From assembly GCA_002269645.1 (NCBI GenBank), contig NIVC01004151.1:1-57721 (forward strand): 57,721 bases of DNA, given 5' to 3'. Under the pieces are notes generated by a model that saw nothing but the letters and a program-made list of their open reading frames with translations, was not told the origin of the DNA and searched no databases. This DNA is from Macrostomum lignano. Its lineage: Eukaryota. Shown here piece by piece: positions 12,135 to 25,308 of the stretch (the first letter of the stretch is position 1; each line of letters opens with the position of its first letter). The position numbers and the translations under genes were made by a program.

Positions 12135-15100
12135 ATGGCTCAATCAGGGAATGCGGTAAGTTTATATAGACCTTAAGAACGTAATTTTTACGATGTCCAC
12201 AATTGCATTGTTTTGTACAGCATTTTACGAGCTAGAGGATGTCAGTTTCTCTGAAGAAAATTAATAGTAGTTGTTTCATAAAAAATTATTTTATACCACT
12301 ACTAGACTGATGCAGCAGCCAGTGTGTCTCAGAGAGTCGACAACCTGCCTGGGCCGAAGAAGTGCACCTACAGAGCCATCGAGCTGACAACCGGTGCCAC
12401 CGCCTGTCTAATTCAAGAAGCTGAAGACGCCGACCCTTACGGACGTCCGTCGCAGTCAAATTTGATTGTCAGCCTTGGCGTCGGTCGTCAGCAAGATCCG
12501 CCAGACTGTCGTGGCCTGGCCGAGCTCTGCGCCGAACTGACGGTGCTCGAGCTTAACCAAAACTTTCTTTGTCAAAGCATTCTCGACGATTTGACTTCTT
12601 ACATAATTCATTTGGAATCGTTTCATCTCGAAAGCTTCTTAGAGGCCTTGTGCGCTGGAATTCGAAACCCCCGATTTGAAGAGGCCAACATAAAAAGTCT
12701 GCTTCAGTCTGGCCGATACAAACAAAGCTGGCCAGCTCTGGAGTTTCTGCAGCGCTGCTCGGGGAACAGCTCCTCAGCTCACCCATTCTATCGGCTTGCT
12801 CAACTGACGTCAGCCGAGCGAACTGTTGAATCATTGGAGATCAGTGAGCTTAGAAAACGACTGATTGAATTTCACGAACGATACTACTCCGGCAATCTGC
12901 TGCGTATAGTGGCTGTTGATTCAAGATCGCTGGACACATTGGAGGCAAGTGTTCCTGTTCAAATATACGTTTAAAAAGAAGTCAAGCAGATTCTTCTAGC
13001 TGAAAGTATCCCAGCTACAAATGAAGCATGTAACAATCAATTTTAGAGCATTATTGTGACCACATTTGGCGGCATACCCAATCGTTCGGCTCCTAAAGTG
13101 GACATCAGCTCTCGAGAATTGGAGGACGTGAAAGTAAAATCGGGCGGAATCAAGGTAAGCATTCGAGTGGATTGAAACAAACAATAGCTTGTTTCAAACA
13201 ATAAGAGAAACATAAAATGACTCTTTGCGCTGTTCAATCCCAGATTCGAGGCAAGAGCATGAACGTGGACGGAATTCATCTCGTGTTTCCTCTGCCAGAC
13301 CAATCCAGCTTGAGTAGCATTGCACCGGATCTTTATGTGAAGCATTTGCTGCGCAGCAAGCATGTCGGCAGCCTTGAAGCAAGTCTAAACTTGCACGGAT
13401 TTAGCTTGAACTCTGCCCGGTTGATGGATTTCGGACAAGTTGGATTCGATTTCTTCTGCATTTCTGTGCAGTGCAATGCTGAAAATAATCAGATAGAAGA
13501 CGAAAATATGGTCAGTTTTAATTTTTGTTATCTCTAACGATTGCTGGTTCAGTGTGTGACAGTACTTGAGTGGCATGACCCTACTTCGAAGTAGATGCCA
13601 AGGCCTATGGGAGGTATTGCTGAAACTCTGTGTCTCATGGAGAGTTGTTCAGATGCCTTGAGCCAAAGCTCATAGGAACTCTCATATTTTAGGGTGGATA
13701 CCTGGCTTTTAGAGCATCATTTAGAGTGACTGTACAAGGGAAAAACCTACATGTAGTTTAAAAAAATGTACTTCTTTCTTTGTTGCCTTCCAAACGAGGG
13801 GCGCAGATTGCTAGTTTAAACATGAAAATACATTGACTTTATTTCTCGAATTCTCTACAGGCCATCAAAATAGTGTTTCGCTACTTGGCCATGATTCGCA
13901 GTGTTGGTCCACTAAATTGGCTACACAATGAGCTTCGCTTGACTTTGCAACGCGAATTCGCACCGAAAGGAAAGCTGGACGAGTCCCTTGAGCCCATGGA
14001 TCCTATGATTAATCTGCTACTGCATCTGGCATCTGACGATTATTCGTTAGCAACTCGGCTTCAAAGATTTTCACAGCGCGACGCTTTAACAGCTCGACAC
14101 CTGATCACTGAGTACTCGGCTCAGGCCATTGCAGACTTTCTAACCTTTTTGACGCCCGACAGGTGTATTGTGTACGTCTCTGATATTGGTTGGAATAGCA
14201 AGCCGGCTTGCAACTACCAGAGTAAGCTTCTATTGGTCTATGACGGACGGATGTATTTCACGCTGTGGGGTTGTAGCGCCGTAGTGGGTTGGAGCCTTAG
14301 TGGTTAGAGCGTCAGACTCACGACTGATAGGTCGCACTCAGAACAATTTGTGTCCTTGAACAAGACACTCTGCATTAACTCTACACTGTTTCAGTTCAAC
14401 CAGCTGTAAAATGAGTGCCAGCATTAGCTGGTGTAATTGAGGGTGTGTGTGTTGCGACCCCCCCCCCAGTCCTTGGACTGAACTAAGTACGCAGCCTTCG
14501 AGATGCGCCGCGCAATAGCTGCGGCTGAGCTGTCGGTTGCACATCTGGCCATTAGGATAGGTGTAATCATTATTATTATTATTCACGCTTGGACACAGAG
14601 TACATACTTGACGATCGACAAATTCAATGCTGCTGTACATTCCATTTAATTGTGTACCTCCGTACGTATTTGTGTTCGTGTTTGTGCCTCAATGGTCTGC
14701 GGAATGGGTATGACTGCTTGTCTGACTTCCAGCCGTGTCGAAGCTCCCCAGCTACTAATTAACATTAAGTCTCACATCTAATTACCGAAAGACTTAACGT
14801 CAATGCTTAAACAATAGTATTTAAAGACGTCTTAATCTTGACCTTGCAGCTCCCAGTGGCAAGCTCTGCTGCGTGCCGGAAGGTCAGCAGGCTGAGTACT
14901 CCACCGAAAAGCTGTCACCAGCTCTTTTGAACCTCTGTTCAGCTCCGTGGCCGAAACAAGACTGCGATTTGGATAGAGAGTTCAAGATGCCGCATTCAAA
15001 GCCATTTATGCCTTCGGATATTAGTTTAAGACCGAGAGTTAGCAAAGCTCAGGTAAGAACTTTGATTTGATATGTAGTCAAATTACAAGGTTGAACGAAA

Positions 15101-17864
15101 ACTTTAATTTACTTTTGATTAAAGCTGTTTATCAGTCAATCTTCGATTAATAAAAGCTAAAATCGGTGCTTTTGCTACTTCTTTTATAATCTTCTAATAA
15201 AACTTCATACTAACATCTTAATCAGGATTGCAATAATTTGCTGTCGATAGTAAACAAAAGCTATGAAAAGTTACTTTTTTCAGTAATTATTACCAAGTTT
15301 GTTTAACCATGTAATACTCGTACAACTGGACCTCATCTGAGGACAAAAAATGATAAAATCGCATTTTCACGAAGTTGTGTCAGCTCTTAATTGATCCCAA
15401 CAGGCGTGCGTCACAATTTCTTTATTTGAACACCTGCTGCTTATCCGCATTTTCCCTCAGCTTCCGGGGCCTAGGCAGCTTCGCATACCACCAATGCCGA
15501 ACTCGGTTTCGTCAAACTCCCGACTCTGGTTCAGACAGGACGACAGGTTTCAGTCCGATTTGGCCTACATTTCAATCGACCTAATTCCTCCAATTGAATG
15601 CAGTCCAAAGAATCAAATTATCTTGGAAATTTTGGTTCAACTATTTTCTAAAGCGTTGCACAAGCTCAAGAAGCAAGCTGCCGAAGTCTGTATGGAGTTG
15701 AGCATCTCCCGTAGCAGCAACGGTATCCAGCTGTGCTTTTCCGGATACAACGAACCGCTGCTCAAGTTAATAACGACTGCTCTGCATCAGATTGCCGATC
15801 TGAAGATCACCAAAGAAAGCGTTCACAAGGTCTGCTGTGGCGTTATTCATATCCTTTAAAGACTTGTCAAATTTTACTTTAATTACATACTTTGCCTACC
15901 AATACTAATTTCAGGTCGGCTCAAAGGTTTTGCACCTTGCAGATGAATCGGCGAGCAAAGATGAAGAAGTCGACCAGCTCGCGTGCCAGTTGAACTTGGC
16001 TGGCTACTCGCATATGCAGCAGAAACTGGATGGAGCAGTCTCAATGGTGAGCAGTTATACTGTTGTTTCGTCAAAAGGCATATCTGCTTGCACTATCCAA
16101 TTTTGCGACACTCTAGGCGTACCAATCAAGGATTTAATGTCCGTTGCCAGTTACTTTTGCGAAGCCGCCAAAACAGTACAAAAACAGCCGAGCAAAAGCC
16201 CCAAGACCGGTGCGAAATCTGCACCGGGTCTGTTTGCTGACATCCTGGTGTTTGGCAACGCTACCGCGGACGATGCAGTCAAAGCTGCTCAATCGATCCT
16301 GACTGCCCTGCCGTCGCTCTCGTCAACAGCAAAGATGACATCGAATCCTAAAGACCAGCAGCGTCGCCCTGAGCACCTTCTTAGCAAAGGCAGTTACAGT
16401 ACAGTGCAACTTGGAGGCGCTGAAAAATGCGTGGCTGTCAGTCAGAGCGACTGCTACAGCAGCACCTCCTGCGTCTGCGCCATTCTCATTCAAATTCCAT
16501 TAGCAAAAGCAAAGCCTCCAATATCGATGAGTGCCGCAACGAAAGCGCTAGGGGAAGAGTTTTTCACGCGAGCAAGTCACGATTGTCTGCTACAGATGAT
16601 GCTAGCAGCTGCTGTTGCTACGCCTTCTGACAGGATTGAAAGTAAAATATCGCTTGGTTACGGCGCGAACTGTGTCGTATTTCAGAAGATCATCGAGCAG
16701 TCACCTGCTAAGGTAAGTTTCAAGCATTTTTTGCCAAGTTTGCCATTTTCCCCAGTAGTTAGGTTTTCCTGTCATGGTGATAATTCCTTGTGAACTCAGA
16801 ATTATAGCCTATTATAAGTAAACTTAAGTCTTGTCTTAAGTCTTAGGGTCGTAGCCTAGTGGTTATAGCGTCACACTCACGACTGAAAGATGCGGACCCA
16901 CGCGAAATAACTTGTGTCCTTGAACAAGACATTTAACTCTGCATTGCTTCAATTCAACCAGCTGTAAAGTGGGTGCCAGAGCATTAACTGGAGTATTTAA
17001 GGGTGTGGCGACTCCCAGTCCTTACGCAGCGAAACGAGCCGTACGCAGCCTTCAGATGCTGCTGAACTGTCGGTTGCACATATGACCATTAGGGCTGGCG
17101 TAATCAATTATTATTGTTATCAAGTCGTGCTGATTTGAAGCCCCAGAATGAAAGAAATCTTTTTCAGATGGAAAAAGAGATCGAGTCCTTTATTGCTAAG
17201 ATCGGAAATCACTTGACTGCAATGTCTTCGGAGTCTTTAGAGACCTACAAGCAGAAAGCTCTTCAATCAATGCAAGCATTGACAGTACCTAAAAGCATTG
17301 AGCAGCATCACTCAATGTACTGGACTCGCATCATGTCCAGAAATTTCGAATTCAGTTGGGATGACCCGCGAGCGATGGACTGTCTGCGCGCTATTGTGGA
17401 CAGTATAAAAAAGGAGGACCTGTTGAACTACTGGAAGGTAAACGTCTGGCTTTACATATAAATTCAATTCAATTTTGTGACAGCCAACTGTCGGTAAATC
17501 CCTGATCAATAAATAAATGAGTGATTTAGTTGCTACTGCACTCCAAGACGTGCAAACCCTTTTATCAGTAAGACGTCAATAATCATCCCCAACCTAACGC
17601 CCCTAAATCTATAGAAATGGTTTTGTTCGGAATCTAAAGACCGCTCCATGCTCTGTCTCCAAAACTATTGCCGAATGGACATCGACAAGTCCGGAACGTC
17701 TGTAAGTATTTTTTACCGTGCCTTTTTATTTATCGTTTTAGCCGTCTATCCGTCAAAAAATGTTGCAGGGCAAAGTCATCGCGGATCTGGAGAAGTTCAA
17801 GAACTCTCTTGAGCCGGCTGCCCTACCGATACCAAGCTGTCTCAAGACTGTGCACGACGCCTAA
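12135..17864 (+). CDS. M16A pseudo-peptidase B, complete, ~1072 aa
   Basis: Exons 12135-12155 (MAQSGNA), 12306-12944 (GC donor), 13047-13154, 13244-13510, 13861-14221, 14850-15052, 15461-15829, 15915-16712, 17168-17437, 17615-17701, 17769-17864. All phases match and there is no frameshift. HxxEH is replaced by ELCAE. Confidence 0.85.
14267..14581 (+). mobile_element. tRNA-derived SINE with a Nin/Deu-like central core
   Basis: A-box-like AGCCTTAGTGGTTAGAGC, core GTCCTTGAACAAGACAC...CCAGCTGTAAAATG, (ATT)n tail. Seven copies in the window. Confidence 0.75.
16845..17117 (+). mobile_element. tRNA-derived SINE copy
   Basis: TAGCCTAGTGGTTATAGCG head, same core, ATT-rich tail. Confidence 0.75.
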
Positions 17865-18609
17865 TCTCATTGAGCTAAGACTTCCTTGTCAAGATTGTGA
17901 TCGCTGTATACATTTTGTGTTTGCAAAAATATAACGAGGTAATATACAGCTTTAAGTTCTGCACCTCTGACCTGACCGACCACAAAATAGTGTTTGTTTA
18001 TTGAAATCTGTCGAGCCTGTGTCAAACCAAGTTCTGTAGCCAGTATAATTGGTTTGAAATTCTCTACTTGATTGTCTTTTAACCAGAAAGAATTGAGCTT
18101 TAAAAAGCTGACTTGGAATGCAGTCAGTTGGAAGAGTGCAGCTTGGAATTGATTGGCCTTAGGGTCAACCATACTGCGGATCACAGCTGGCGATAGCATT
18201 GTCCATTGTACGCATTGTACGCTCAACGCTTCGAAAGCATTGCGTAGGGCTACTAAAAATATATTAATGATTTGATATATGACAAACACATTGTCTCATG
18301 AATGTATTTTTAGAACCCTAAAATAATGATTCCTAAGCGTGGAATAATGAGCGTACAGCATGACACAATGAGACAATGTTCTTATTTATATAGTTTTTAG
18401 GTAATTCTATATGGAAAGAGTGCACAAATTCGTATCCTTTATGTCTGTTGTCTATGGTAAAAACTGTTTCAAATCGTCAAGCCAATGAATTCATCAGGCA
18501 CGCATTTTAGCCCACAAACTACACTGTCTTAGGCCGTTCCTCTCAGTTTGTTTATTCGATAGAGGCGATAAAAACGGAAGCATTTCGCATTGGGTGAGTA
18601 TCAAGGCAA

Positions 18610-18830
18610 TGACCGATGCGACAATTGGAAGAGATACAAAATTACGGGCCGAAAAGAACGACTGCAATTTGGTGATGATCATTCATGGAAGGTGACATTG
18701 GAGCATGTGGACAGCTTTGGACCAAAATCCTCTCTTGACTTTAAAGGGGATACGACGTATTTTACGGGATCAGTTTGATGAAGTGAACGTGAGCGAAACA
18801 ACTGTGAGTCTTACTTTGGATGTACCTAGG
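18610..18830 (+). mobile_element. Possible decayed Tc1/IS630-like transposase N-terminal (HTH) relic
   Basis: Frame-broken WKRYKITG...KVTLEH / ALDQNPLLTLKGIRRILRDQFDEVNVSETTV resembles the Tc1/IS630 HTH pattern. Judged by eye only. Confidence 0.35.
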
Positions 18831-18888
18831 TCGTGATGCAAATTTTGTGGCACAGTTCAAGTATTCAGCATTGGCCCCTTTTCAACAG

Positions 18889-20455
18889 GCGTTACTATGA
18901 GTGATCTGCAGTCCATCGTAGATGTTTTTCTCAACTCGTCTAAAGTCGAGTCCCAGCCGCAGACGGAAGAGGCATCACCTTGGATTTTATTCGCTGATAT
19001 TCTGGTGCTCATGATGATGCTATCACGTCTGCTCAATCCGTTCTGTCAGTGATTCCAGCTTTGTCAGCTGAGACAGCAACAGAATTAGAGTCCGATTTTT
19101 CTAGATTCCGTCGCCCAGAGCGCCACCTTTGCAAGGGAAGCCACAGCACCATCCAGCGGTGCCAGGACCAAGAATCACACAGAGCTCATCGCCAACGACA
19201 TGCTGCCTCTACTTGCGGCTTCGTCATTCAGATTCCTGTGGCGATGGACGAGCCTCCGTGGCGATGACGAATGCTATGAAGAAACTGGGAGAAGAGTTCT
19301 GCAACCGAGCCTGTCACAGCTATCTGCTACAGTATATATTGGAAGTTTCTAATGGAGTGGAAATATGCAAAGTCTTCCGAGCCGTATCGCGAGGTTACAG
19401 TGGCAATTGTTTCCTGGTTGAAATGAGCCACGACAATTCACCTGCAAAGGTTGGACAAACGAAAACCTTACTGAGTGATATTTGATGCGCGATACTAATT
19501 TATACGTGTCATTTGGAAGTAACCAGTCTCTTTGCGCAATGATATTCATTTTTGAGATTAAAATTGTCGAATAATATTTTTACATTATTTCCCTGCTACT
19601 TTCTCTCAGATGGAGAAGCAAATCGAGTCTTTTATTGCTGAGATCGAAAATCACTTGACTGCAATGTCTTCGGAGTCTTTAGAGACCTACAAGCAGAAAG
19701 CTCTTCAAGCAATGCAAGCATTGACAGTCCCTAAAAGCATTGAGCAGCAGTACTCAATGTACATGTACTGGACTCGTATCATGTCCAGCAACTTCGAATT
19801 CACCTGGGATGACCCGCGAGCGATGGACTGTCTGCGCGCCATTGTGGACAGCATCGGAAAGGAGGACCTGTTGAACTACTGGAAGGTATATTTTTGGTTG
19901 ATTAGGTCGCTGAGTCGATTACCGATCGGACTTCTATCAATCTTATTAGTGTCATGGATCTTGAGCTGAGTCATGCACGAACACCTGTTGTTAGTTATAT
20001 TCTACTTAAACAGGGCGCACTTTGTGTTAGCTGGTTTTGTGCTTGGTACATTTGTATCTCCTTAAAAGGTCACGTCAAGGATGATCACCGGGGTTGCTTA
20101 ATTGTTTATTTCCATAGCCTTTCAATTTCTTTATCTTCTCCCCGCAGAAATGGTTCTGTTTCGGATCGCCAGATCGAACTGTTTTCGAGCTACAGAACTA
20201 TTCAAAACTAGCGATTGATGAATCTGGAACATCCGTAAGTGTTGAAAAATCTTTACAAACCTAGTTATACCTTCACGCATGTAATTTGTTATTTTAAATT
20301 TGAATATACCATAGTTTCAAAATTTGTTTCCTAGACTTTGCTTTTAAATAACTCATAATCGTGATTTCTAAAATCATTTGTAGGGCACAATCATTTCCGA
20401 CTTGGAGACGTTAAAAAGTAGTCTGGAAGCATATCCAATACGATCACTTAATTGA
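18889..20455 (+). pseudogene. M16A paralog C: 3'-only fragment related to gene B
   Basis: Exons 18889-19449 (frame breaks at ~19010 and ~19257), 19610-19885, 20148-20234, 20384-20455. No N-half or domain-3 exons lie between B's stop (17864) and 18889. Confidence 0.7.
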
Positions 20456-21202
20456 CTGTAGTTTGAAACTAGACATAACGCTCATGTATGCTTGCTGTAC
20501 TACTGAATCAAATAAAATACGATTACGAAACATAAACTCGAGCCTTTTTTCATTAAGTAATTCGATCAGTTTTTAACTTATACGAGCTTATAAGAATAGT
20601 GACAATTATTTCATTTTACGAGTACGAAGCGACGTCATTTGTTTTTTGTTTTCAATAAAAAAACTAATACAATATAATGTATGGCCATCAGTTGTGATAA
20701 ATCTGAAAAATGCATTATCTACAGATCTACATGTACGAGTACTATCCGACAGATAGTCAACTGCCGGGAGAGATGAGAGATGGAGATCACGCAGTTAAGA
20801 ACATTCAATATGTCTCAGGGATACCATACGGAGAACTTGTGCATTGTACGAAGCGTTTACGTACTTGGGGATGACAACCGAAACGATGAAGTGCATTGGA
20901 GCAGTTTTTCAAATAGAAATTAGCTACTGCAACGCATCTAGTCTAGTTAAACTAAGACACTCGCGACTCAGCGTTAATTTGGCGCTATTTATTACTCTAA
21001 ATCTCAATACAAGAATGGCCAGAGACTAAAAAGTCCTTTAAACTTTTATCATGGACATCAAAGTGGAATTTCAATTTATTTGGCATAAATTTACGCTTTA
21101 CGAGCATAAGATTGTCTTAATCTACAATACGCCTATTTAAATTATATTTCGACGTAAAGCTAAAGGTCGACTGCAAGTTTTTCTCAGTCAGACTGTTCTA
21201 AA

Positions 21203-24200
21203 ATGTCGTCGAGGATTAAGCAACGCTTTGATAACATCGAGTCACCGCGCAGTTTTTGGTCCAACTTCTTGGAATGCCGCGGTATCGAGCTGCACAACGG
21301 CGTTCAGGCGCTGCTGATTCGGCACAACGTCGACGATTGCCAGACAGATTCGGAGCGCAACTGGACGATGGAGTCATTTCTCTGCGTCAGCATGGGTGCC
21401 GGCCAAAGGCACGACCCGCCTGACTGTCTCGGCCTGTCTCAGCTCTGTAACGAAATTATTGCTGCTCAACAAAGCTTGGAATTAGATAATCAACAACCGC
21501 AAACCAGTCATGATTACTGGGAACTTACGGAAGCATCGGAAAGAGCCTCGCCTTTGGAGGACATCATGTCTCAGTAATAACTTCTTTGATCAAACTGAGT
21601 CTTGTAAAATTCAAACTTGTAGTTTAACACTCCTCAATGTAGCAATAGAAATCCATGAGAAACCTTTGAGGACACGATTTTGCAAGTGATGCACATAGTG
21701 AAAATAAGAAACATTTTATCCTGCATATTTACCCATTTCTGTTAACACGAAGTGAAGACATTTTTAGACAAAAAGCACCTCACAAAAATGAAATAGGGTA
21801 CGAGCGTATGCATGCAGTAAAAGTTTTGCGTCAATACGAGCGTACATTGTTCTTATACTAGCTCTAAACTTCACGATGCTTAACCCTTCAGGACAAAAAC
21901 AGACGTGAGCATGTTTTGTATAATAAATAAGTCCTTTCAACAACTGCATCATGTTACGAAGTTGCTTGCCAATAGCCTCGAGCGACCGGACTTTTCGGAG
22001 GCAAACATTAATCGACTGATGCGGCTATCGCTCGACAGGGAAAGCCGCAAACTCTCCTTCGCCCGGTCACCCCTGCACCTGCTGGAGAGCCGCACCTCCA
22101 ACCCGCAGCATCCGTGCAATCGGCATGCAGTCTGCGATCCATCAGCCACCGTTGCCGCTTTCAGCGCGGCCGAGTTGCGCACCCGCCTAATTGAGTTTCA
22201 TTCGCAGCACTACCGCGTTAGCGACTTTCGCATAGCTGTGGCGGATCCCCGTCCTCTAGACGAACTGCAGGTAAGTCCAACTGTTTCGTAGAGCTTGTTA
22301 ACATCTCAGCATCTAAAATCTCTAGTTAACTCGTTAACATCAAAAAGCCATCAAACTATCTTTAATAATGCAATCGAAGTCAGAATACAGAACACACTGT
22401 ATCTGTTAGAACAAGAAAAGGACAAAAATGTTTTAAAATTTTCGATGATTTCAGAGCCTCATCGAGGTTGCTTTTTCGAGCATGCAAGAAAACTTGCCCG
22501 TTTCTTCACCAATCGTGAATGAGAATGTCGGTCATCCCTACGACGGCACGGAAACGGCAGTCAAGGTATTTTCATCCTTTTTGTAATAGTTATCTATTCT
22601 AAGCCATGGAAGCAATTTATTTGAATAGCACAATATTCATCCTCTATTTGTAATTTTTCGCGGCCCAGTGGCTGCAATATAAAACGAACAAAGTAACCCG
22701 TATACCGCTCGCAGATTCGCGCCTAAATGCATCTTTTAATGGCATCTACATTGCCTTTCCGCTGCCGGATCAGTCGACAAAATTCGCCTCGTCGCCGGAC
22801 CTGTACCTGCAGTTCCTGCTAGCTTGCGACAAACCGTACGGTCTCAATGCTTTTCTGAAGACTAATAGCGCGGCCGTTACTGCCTCGGATTCTGATCCCG
22901 CCACTGGCTACGACACATTTTACATTTTTGTGCACTGCAACAGAAAATTGAATCCGCGTTGTGAGGACATGGTAATGTTACGAGTAAATTTCTTTAATAG
23001 GAGCTCATCGGTATTGAGCAAAATTAACACCTCTCGATAACAAGTGCTGGAAGCTCACTTTTAGATTAAGAAATAAGATTGCCGACAAAACTGAGCTTCT
23101 TAAAGCTATTTCCAACCTTTTTTCGAGAAACCATCAAGCATCAAGTAGCGAACGGAGGCTAGTATAGTAGTATAGTAGGCATGTCTCGAACGGATCCCAG
23201 CCAGAATACTGATTTCAGGAAATCTGGACGCAATTCCAAGTTCCGACTTATCCCGAATCCCGATACTGAAATCCCCAGCGTTCGTGACAAGTCAGGGCAA
23301 AAGTTTCCGGTCACGAGTTTTGAAAATATTACTTTGCATGCAGCTCACAAGTTTCTAAAATTGTCCTGGATGGTACATGTAGGAAGGAAATTTAACTTTT
23401 TCTTAAATAAAAGGCTTAAAGCTGTTATGGATAATAAATTTCTTCGTACCCTGTGGCTCATTTGTGGTCTATAGGGTGCAGCAGTTTACTCCTTAATTAT
23501 GGATGCTCTGATTGTGACATCTTGATTCCCGTTGTGCACCTTTAGATCATCACTGCCGTCTTTCGCTACCTGGCCATGCTCCGATCAGTTGGGACGCAAA
23601 AGTGGCTTTTTGATGAGGTGCAAGATTGGCTTAACGAGTGCGAACTACATGTAAACGCGAATCAACAATGGAGGCGCTCTGACATCGACGAGCTGTGCTT
23701 CAGGCTGCGACGGTATCCGCTGCAACACGTGCTGACGGCTCGTCGCCAGCTAACGAAATACTCGGCGGAGGAGATTAAAGACTTATTGGAACTTCTGACT
23801 CCCGAACGGTGCAAAGTGTTCGTGCCCGAGCGGTTTGTTACCAAATTTGACGGACGGGCTAAGGGAACTCAGTGTAAGAGAATTTTAATTGTACAATTTT
23901 GCATGCACCCGCATTTTTTTAGCGGCAGGGGGGTTGTGTGCACCCTGGCGCACTTTAAGCGACATAGCACACAACCGGCGAGAGGCATTACTGCCCATTC
24001 CGTCGACTCCCCTGAGCAGGCATACAAGCGCGCGGATACGTACGCAGGCACACACTCACACAGGAGTGTACAGCGGCCCTAACTTTATTTTATCGTTAGG
24101 CATGTACACTTCACTGCGCCTTGGGGGGTTGGCTCTCAAGGCCGTTAATTGCACAAGCGAGCCAAGCCAAAATTCCAATTCAGCCCCAAATTAATGTGAC

Positions 24201-24680
24201 TGCACTTGGAATCTAGCCTGGGTCGCTGGCACACCAGAGCCTGCGCTAGACCGCTGGGCTACGGCCCCCCTCATGCACCCGCGTTGGTCAAGTTCATGTA
24301 AATTCACAATATTGTCGTCATTAATGAACGACTGCACAATAGGACAGTAGACGTCATTAATGAACGACTGCACAATAGGACAGTAGACGTCATTAATGAA
24401 CGACTGCACAATAGGACAGTAGAAGATCATGAAACACTACATGTAAAAGCGAATTCAATATTTTAAGCCCCATAATCCGTTTCTCATAGACTGCACAAGT
24501 TGTAAGCGCGAACTTGACGAATGCGCTGAGTACAGACTGGAGAAATTTCAACCACAACTTCTTGCCGTCTGCTCGGCTGATTGGCCATCAACTGAGTGCG
24601 AAATTGATGCAAGATTTCAACGCCCAAAACCGTCGCCAATGCGCCTAGTTGAAATGACAAAGAATCTTCTATTGAACCAG
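21203..24680 (+). CDS. M16A module D: N-half only (domains 1-2 plus linker), probably spliced to E
   Basis: Exons 21203-21574, 21962-22270, 22455-22565, 22715-22971 (1 nt short), 23546-23873, 24490-24680. HxxEH is replaced by QLCNE. No C-half exons before E. Confidence 0.7.
24317..24424. repeat. 36-bp tandem repeat x3
   Basis: GTCATTAATGAACGACTGCACAATAGGACAGTAGAC repeated. Confidence 0.9.
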
Positions 24681-25308
24681 GTTAGTTTGAACAGAAGGAC
24701 GATTATCAAATGCGGGAATTTTAGAAAAAAAGTAAATATGGAAAATCCTATTTAGAATTTGCAAGCCCTAGGAAAAGAAAATTGCTCGGGGGGGGGGTAG
24801 GACAAACTCAAATTGATGTTAACATTATCTGGGTCTATAATGACTCTTGGGGAGAATTACTTAAATGTCACGGCTTTAGGATTAGGGTTAGAGTTAGGGA
24901 TGGGGTTAGGGAGATTTCAAGGTTGACAGAGGATTTTTTAGATTTCAAGGCTTATGGGGGGCATCGCTGAGATGTCAAGGCTCACGGGGGGAAAGTTGAT
25001 ATGTTGAGGCTTGTGCAGGGGGGAATTGCTGAAATGTCAAGCCTTGCGAGTATCTGAGGTTATTGCAAAGAGAAGCTGCATGTGGTTTATTCAAAAATTT
25101 TTACTCCATTATTGTTGGCTCCCTTTTGTTGGATTGCTAGTGTATTTTTAAATGGATGATCGCTTTCTTGTCAATTAGAAGGCAATACAGCGCTAATCAC
25201 CATCTTTCAATCATTTATTTTGAGGTGGTCGGCTGTAAATCTCTAGCTGAACGACAATCGAGTTCCTTAAACGTTGCTTCGTTCGTAGTGAGACGAACCG
25301 ACTCACAG

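Noticed and set aside
17867-18289. 140-aa minus-strand ORF downstream of B
   Set aside because: No recognisable motif or supporting splice structure; likely chance.
24880-24912. TTAGGG-like motifs as an interstitial telomere
   Set aside because: Too short and degenerate, and typical of small repeat elements.
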